Source: an uncultured archaeon (GTDB lineage: Archaea > Asgardarchaeota > Hermodarchaeia > Hermodarchaeales > Hermodarchaeaceae). Taken from it: 18,557 bases of DNA. Below the pieces are notes generated by a model. It ran no database searches and was not told where the DNA came from. It saw only the letters and a list, made by a program, of their open reading frames with translations. Below are positions 15,266-18,557 of the stretch, one piece after another. The DNA lies in NCBI GenBank assembly GCA_964347045.1, contig CAYFXC010000016.1, forward strand, positions 1 to 18,557, given 5' to 3'. Position numbers and translations under genes: made by a program. Numbering within the stretch: the stretch's first letter is position 1; every line of letters begins with the position of its first letter.

Positions 15266-16204
15266 CTATATCCCAATTCGATACCGCCAGGCAGAAAAAC
15301 CTCGTTGCTTAATTGTTCCAAAGACATCATTTTGTAATTCCCGACCAGGCGTTAAAGCCACTATATTTCCGCCACGACCAGTTCCTGTGAGCTTTGCCCC
15401 CCAAGCCCCTGCTTGGCGGGACACACCGACTAGCTCCTCTAATTCTACACTGGAGACCCCAATTTCGATTAACAAATTATGATTTTGGTTCATCAGGAGC
15501 CCAATCAACTGGAGATCATGCTCTTCAAACCCCTTTCGGGCAGTATTTACTATATCTTGATAGTCATCTGTGATTTGATCAAACCACTTTTCCTTCTCAT
15601 CTTTCATGCGACGAACATCAGCCACGACATCTTTTGTACTCGCAGTAATTCCTGTGCTCGCAATCACGATATCTGTGGGTTCTTTCATTTTGATTGTTTC
15701 AATTGTTGGGGGTCCACCCTTTAAATCGCGTTTGTACCAGACAATTCCACCAAAAGTTGCCGCAGTGTTATCGATGCCACTAGGAGTACCATGATAGCCT
15801 TTTTCGCCTTCAAAGGCGCAAGCGTTAACTTTGGTATTATCCCAACCAAGCCTGAATTCATCACTTAGAGCACGTGCAATTGCAGTACAGCTGGCAGCGC
15901 TAGCCCCAATGCCACTAGCGCATACTAGTTTTCCTCCTAACGTGATACTAATTCCCTGTTCAGAAAGATCAATATCAGCAAATCGGAGGATATTCTCAAT
16001 GGACGCTGTTTGCTCATCAAGCTTCTTCTTTTTGTAACCCGGGACCGCTGGACGATTATCAATTAACTTCCAGCCGGGTCCGGATATCCTGCGTACAATA
16101 GCCGTGGTGGTGGATCCGATTGCGGCCGCGATAGCTGGGAAGCCATAGACGACGAAATGTTCACCAAAAAGAATGGTTTTACCAAAACCTGAGCCTTTAC
16201 CCAA
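15266..16204 (-). CDS. mvk: Mevalonate kinase (GHMP family)
   Basis: GKTILFGEHFVVYG, SGIGASAA ATP loop, HGTPSGIDN, LMNQNH.LL, GAKLTGTGRGG; TTG start with GGAGGT SD. Confidence 0.95.
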   Translation of the reverse strand: MGKGSGFGKTILFGEHFVVYGFPAIAAAIGSTTTAIVRRISGPGWKLIDNRPAVPGYKKKKLDEQTASIENILRFADIDLSEQGISITLGGKLVCASGIGASAASCTAIARALSDEFRLGWDNTKVNACAFEGEKGYHGTPSGIDNTAATFGGIVWYKRDLKGGPPTIETIKMKEPTDIVIASTGITASTKDVVADVRRMKDEKEKWFDQITDDYQDIVNTARKGFEEHDLQLIGLLMNQNHNLLIEIGVSSVELEELVGVSRQAGAWGAKLTGTGRGGNIVALTPGRELQNDVFGTIKQRGFSAWRYRIGI

Positions 16205-16237
16205 TGAGATTAACCTCCAGAAGTTTATTGTCTAGCT

Positions 16238-16311
16238 GCGAAATAAGCCAATCAACTTATTCGCGTTCGGAATTATGGGTCGATTCCTAGCTGGACGCTT
16301 AAGAGCCTTTC
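16238..16311 (-). promoter_or_regulatory. Putative mvk operon promoter and leader hairpin
   Basis: Minus strand GAAAGGCT-CTTAAG (16311-16298), then inverted repeat GCGAATAAG-N8-CTTATTTCGC (16264-16238). Confidence 0.45.
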
Positions 16312-16315
16312 CATG

Positions 16316-16332
16316 ACTCGATGAAATCGAGT
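16316..16332 (-). terminator. Hairpin just after the rps2 stop (possible terminator or 3' stabiliser)
   Basis: ACTCGAT-TTC-ATCGAGT perfect 7-bp stem about 10 nt after the stop; no U-tract, so function is uncertain. Confidence 0.3.
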
Positions 16333-16341
16333 TGTGGCGAG

Positions 16342-16956
16342 TTAAGCTTCAGTACGTCGTAAGGTTGCTTCGAAGTCTTCAACTGTGAATGGAAACTCAG
16401 CCTCGGGCGTTAATTGGCCTCGTTCGCGCAGAACTTGACGTGATAGAAGCCAGTAGGTGAGGGAGAGGGATTTTCGACCTTTATTGTTACACGGAATTGC
16501 TAGATCGATATATTCCAATGAGTTGTCAGTGTCAACCAAAGCTACAATTGGGACTCTGATCTTTGCACCTTCTCTGACCGCTTGGGCGTCTGCTCTAGGA
16601 TCGGTTATAAAAACAAGAGAAGGTTCCGTGTATTGGGGTAATCGCGGATTTGTAAAAGTGCCAGGAATGAATCGACCTGCAAGAGGCGTTGCTCCAGTAA
16701 CTGTGCAAAACGTGTTAATGGGCTTTTGGGCATATTGTCGTGCACCTACCACCGCAACCGCGGAGGGTTCGACACGGGCAAGCATACGCGCGGCAACCCG
16801 GATTCGTTCATCAAATTTCCGAATGTCTAGAACGTAGAGCCCATCTTGACGTACTCGGTAGATATACGGTTCCATGGTGACAGTTTTTACTTGGGTGCCA
16901 ATGTGAATACCCGCAGCAAGGTATTGATCAAGGGCTATTAGAAGATCTTCGGTCAT
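16342..16956 (-). CDS. rps2: 30S ribosomal protein uS2
   Basis: YLAAGIHIGTQ, YIYRVR.DGLYVLD, GRFIPGTFTNP, DPRADAQAVRE, DLAIPCNNKGRKSL. Confidence 0.98.
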   Translation of the reverse strand: MTEDLLIALDQYLAAGIHIGTQVKTVTMEPYIYRVRQDGLYVLDIRKFDERIRVAARMLARVEPSAVAVVGARQYAQKPINTFCTVTGATPLAGRFIPGTFTNPRLPQYTEPSLVFITDPRADAQAVREGAKIRVPIVALVDTDNSLEYIDLAIPCNNKGRKSLSLTYWLLSRQVLRERGQLTPEAEFPFTVEDFEATLRRTEA

Positions 16957-16958
16957 GG

Positions 16959-17159
16959 TTATGTTCGCTCCGCAAATTGAAGGACTGCATCAATGATGTC
17001 AACATGGCTCAGAAGCATTCTTCGACAACAATAGCGTTTCAGCCCCATCGAGTCTAAAACTGCCGTAGGATCTTCTCCCTGACGCACACGTCGGCTGTAT
17101 TCTTCCCATTTATCTGCAACAAGCCGACCACAAGTAAAACAACGTACTGGAATAATCAT
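16959..17159 (-). CDS. rpo10: DNA-directed RNA polymerase subunit Rpo10 (RpoN)
   Basis: [11 protein letters not shown]...[18 protein letters not shown]. Confidence 0.98.
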   Translation of the reverse strand: MIIPVRCFTCGRLVADKWEEYSRRVRQGEDPTAVLDSMGLKRYCCRRMLLSHVDIIDAVLQFAERT

Positions 17160-17173
17160 GAAGTTCTTCTCCT

Positions 17174-17575
17174 CTATCGATAACTTTTCTGTTTTTTAGC
17201 CCTAGCTCCAGGACCGCCGAATTTTTTCTTTTCTTTTCGGCGTGAATCGCCTGCGATTAGAGTTCGATCATATTCAACGAATTGCTTTCGGAGATCAGCA
17301 CTCTTTGTAAAATTCACAAGTCCACGAGCAATTGCAATGCGAGACGCTTGCGCTTGTCCCATAACTCCTCCACCCCGTACGTTTACTCGAATATCAACTT
17401 TTGAAGTGATATCTGCACCAGCAATCATGAGAGGTTCTTCAATAATTAGCCGTGCTATGACGGGATTGAAATTATCTAATGGTATTTTATTAATTTGAAT
17501 TCGCCCCGTTCCTTCTCTTACTGTGGCACGGGCAATGGCGGTTTTCCTTTTCCCTGAACTTACTATTATTTTCAT
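17174..17575 (-). CDS. rps9: 30S ribosomal protein uS9
   Basis: [60 protein letters not shown] 17575 overlaps the rpl13 stop (ATGA). Confidence 0.98.
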   Translation of the reverse strand: MKIIVSSGKRKTAIARATVREGTGRIQINKIPLDNFNPVIARLIIEEPLMIAGADITSKVDIRVNVRGGGVMGQAQASRIAIARGLVNFTKSADLRKQFVEYDRTLIAGDSRRKEKKKFGGPGARAKKQKSYR

Positions 17576-18051
17576 GCCGATCCCTTCCATCCAAGTTCTC
17601 GCGCAATTTCGCCCAAATAAATTGTACGACGACCTGTCCTTTCATATTGTGAGACGTCAAGATGTCGTTTTGTTTTTAATCCTTCAGGAGTTCCGGTATA
17701 AACTCGAAGGCGTTTCATTGCTTTCCGACCGCGATCTTTTTTCCATGGAACCATCCCACGAATGATTCGTCGTAGCAAACGATCTGGTTGACGGGGATGC
17801 AATGGTCCTTTCCATGGAGCAGTCCGGGTACGGATTCCAAGGCGTTCCTTGTATTGCAGGATGAGGCTGGACCGATCTCCAGATAATACAGCCTTTTCAG
17901 CATTTATAACGACGACATGTTCGCCTTGAAGGAGTTGTTTTGCAACAACTGTGGCTAATCGCCCAGCAACTGTGTTGTTTGCATCAACTAGGAGTGGCTC
18001 AATTTTAGCAGGTGCATCAGTCGCTGATGATTTAGTAGATTGTTTAACCAT
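17572..18051 (-). CDS. rpl13: 50S ribosomal protein uL13
   Basis: VDA....[31 protein letters not shown]...RR.IRGM.P.KK.RGR.A.KRLRVY.G.P. Confidence 0.97.
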   Translation of the reverse strand: MVKQSTKSSATDAPAKIEPLLVDANNTVAGRLATVVAKQLLQGEHVVVINAEKAVLSGDRSSLILQYKERLGIRTRTAPWKGPLHPRQPDRLLRRIIRGMVPWKKDRGRKAMKRLRVYTGTPEGLKTKRHLDVSQYERTGRRTIYLGEIARELGWKGSA

Positions 18052-18063
18052 CTTGTATCCTCC

Positions 18064-18423
18064 TTAGCTGATGAGTCGAGCATTCTTCCCAGTAGGATTT
18101 TTTTCCATAAATTCTTCAATAGTTAGACACTGACCGCCTTTACTTTCAATTTTGGCTCTAGCTTGCGTAGAGAAGGCAACAGCCGCAACATCGAATTTGT
18201 CTTCTATGACTCCATCGCCGAGAACTTTACCCGGTACAACCATGACTCGGCCACGAATGTGATGGCGTTGTAAATAGCCAACATTAACTGTGACGCGCGT
18301 TCGCCGAGCAGATTGTAGATCATTATACAAAGTTCGCCAGATGCGACCTCCTGGCTTTCGAGACTGCTGTTTAAGTTTAATGATTAATTTTTGTCGCGTT
18401 TCATCAGTAGTTTTTGTTTTCAC
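18064..18423 (-). CDS. rpl18e: 50S ribosomal protein eL18
   Basis: IW......ARR.R..VNV, VVPGKVLGDG, VAA..FS..A..KIE..GG.C.TIEE....NP.G; GTG start. Confidence 0.96.
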   Translation of the reverse strand: MKTKTTDETRQKLIIKLKQQSRKPGGRIWRTLYNDLQSARRTRVTVNVGYLQRHHIRGRVMVVPGKVLGDGVIEDKFDVAAVAFSTQARAKIESKGGQCLTIEEFMEKNPTGKNARLIS

Positions 18424-18435
18424 CTGGCATCACAT

Positions 18436-18557
18436 TCACTTGGTTTTTGGAGTCTTTGATTTCGAAGTGGTTTTTGTTTTTGCTTTGGTCTTTTTTGTTG
18501 CGGTAGTTGTTTTTTTCGTTGGAACCTTCGCTGTGATCTTTGGTTTTGGCTTAGCTT
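18436..18557 (-). CDS. 5'-partial CDS, Lys/Thr-rich C-terminal tail; by synteny probably RNA polymerase subunit Rpo3 (RpoD)
   Basis: Reads ...AKPKPKITAKVPTKKTTTATKKTKAKTKTTSKSKTPKTK* with stop at 18438-18436. Identity rests only on the conserved rpoD-rpl18e gene order. Confidence 0.55.
   Translation of the reverse strand, partial: AKPKPKITAKVPTKKTTTATKKTKAKTKTTSKSKTPKTK

Noticed and set aside
718-17903. Remaining short ORFs nested in or antisense to identified genes (for example 3669..3980, 4281..4592, 14170..14496, 16457..16837)
   Set aside because: They overlap well-supported genes and show no recognisable motifs; expected shadow ORFs.

Overview
Archaeal core-genome window with no mobile element, CRISPR array, tRNA or rRNA visible. 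Gene order, separate kae1/bud32 genes and long Lys-rich protein tails suggest a TACK/Asgard-type lineage (inference). Almost everything is on the minus strand and consists of two conserved archaeal superoperons joined end to end. The first is (rpoD tail)-rpl18e-rpl13-rps9-rpoN-rps2, followed by an archaeal-type mevalonate block: mvk, UbiD-family decarboxylase, aconitase-X large and small subunits, fni. The second is rpl7ae-rps28e-rpl24e-[ndk, inverted]-infB-rps6e-eif2g-PIN-rpoE'-spt4-DUF359-rps24e-rps27ae-kae1-bud32-rdgB, followed by a partial rps15 that the ORF track missed. The most interesting signals are outside the gene calls: (1) k-turn/k-loop motifs over the Shine-Dalgarno of rpl7ae (known type of autoregulation) and of aIF5B (candidate additional L7Ae target); (2) a probable ATC start for Rpo7 among many TTG starts; (3) structured leaders on rps15, rps6e and mvk; (4) an abrupt loss of uS15 homology near position 55; (5) an inverted, C-terminally extended ndk; (6) a trypanosomatid-like mevalonate kinase in a block lacking IPK and UbiX; (7) a perfect 42-bp tandem repeat in the eS24 tail. 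All calls come from reading motifs by eye; no searches or folding were run.
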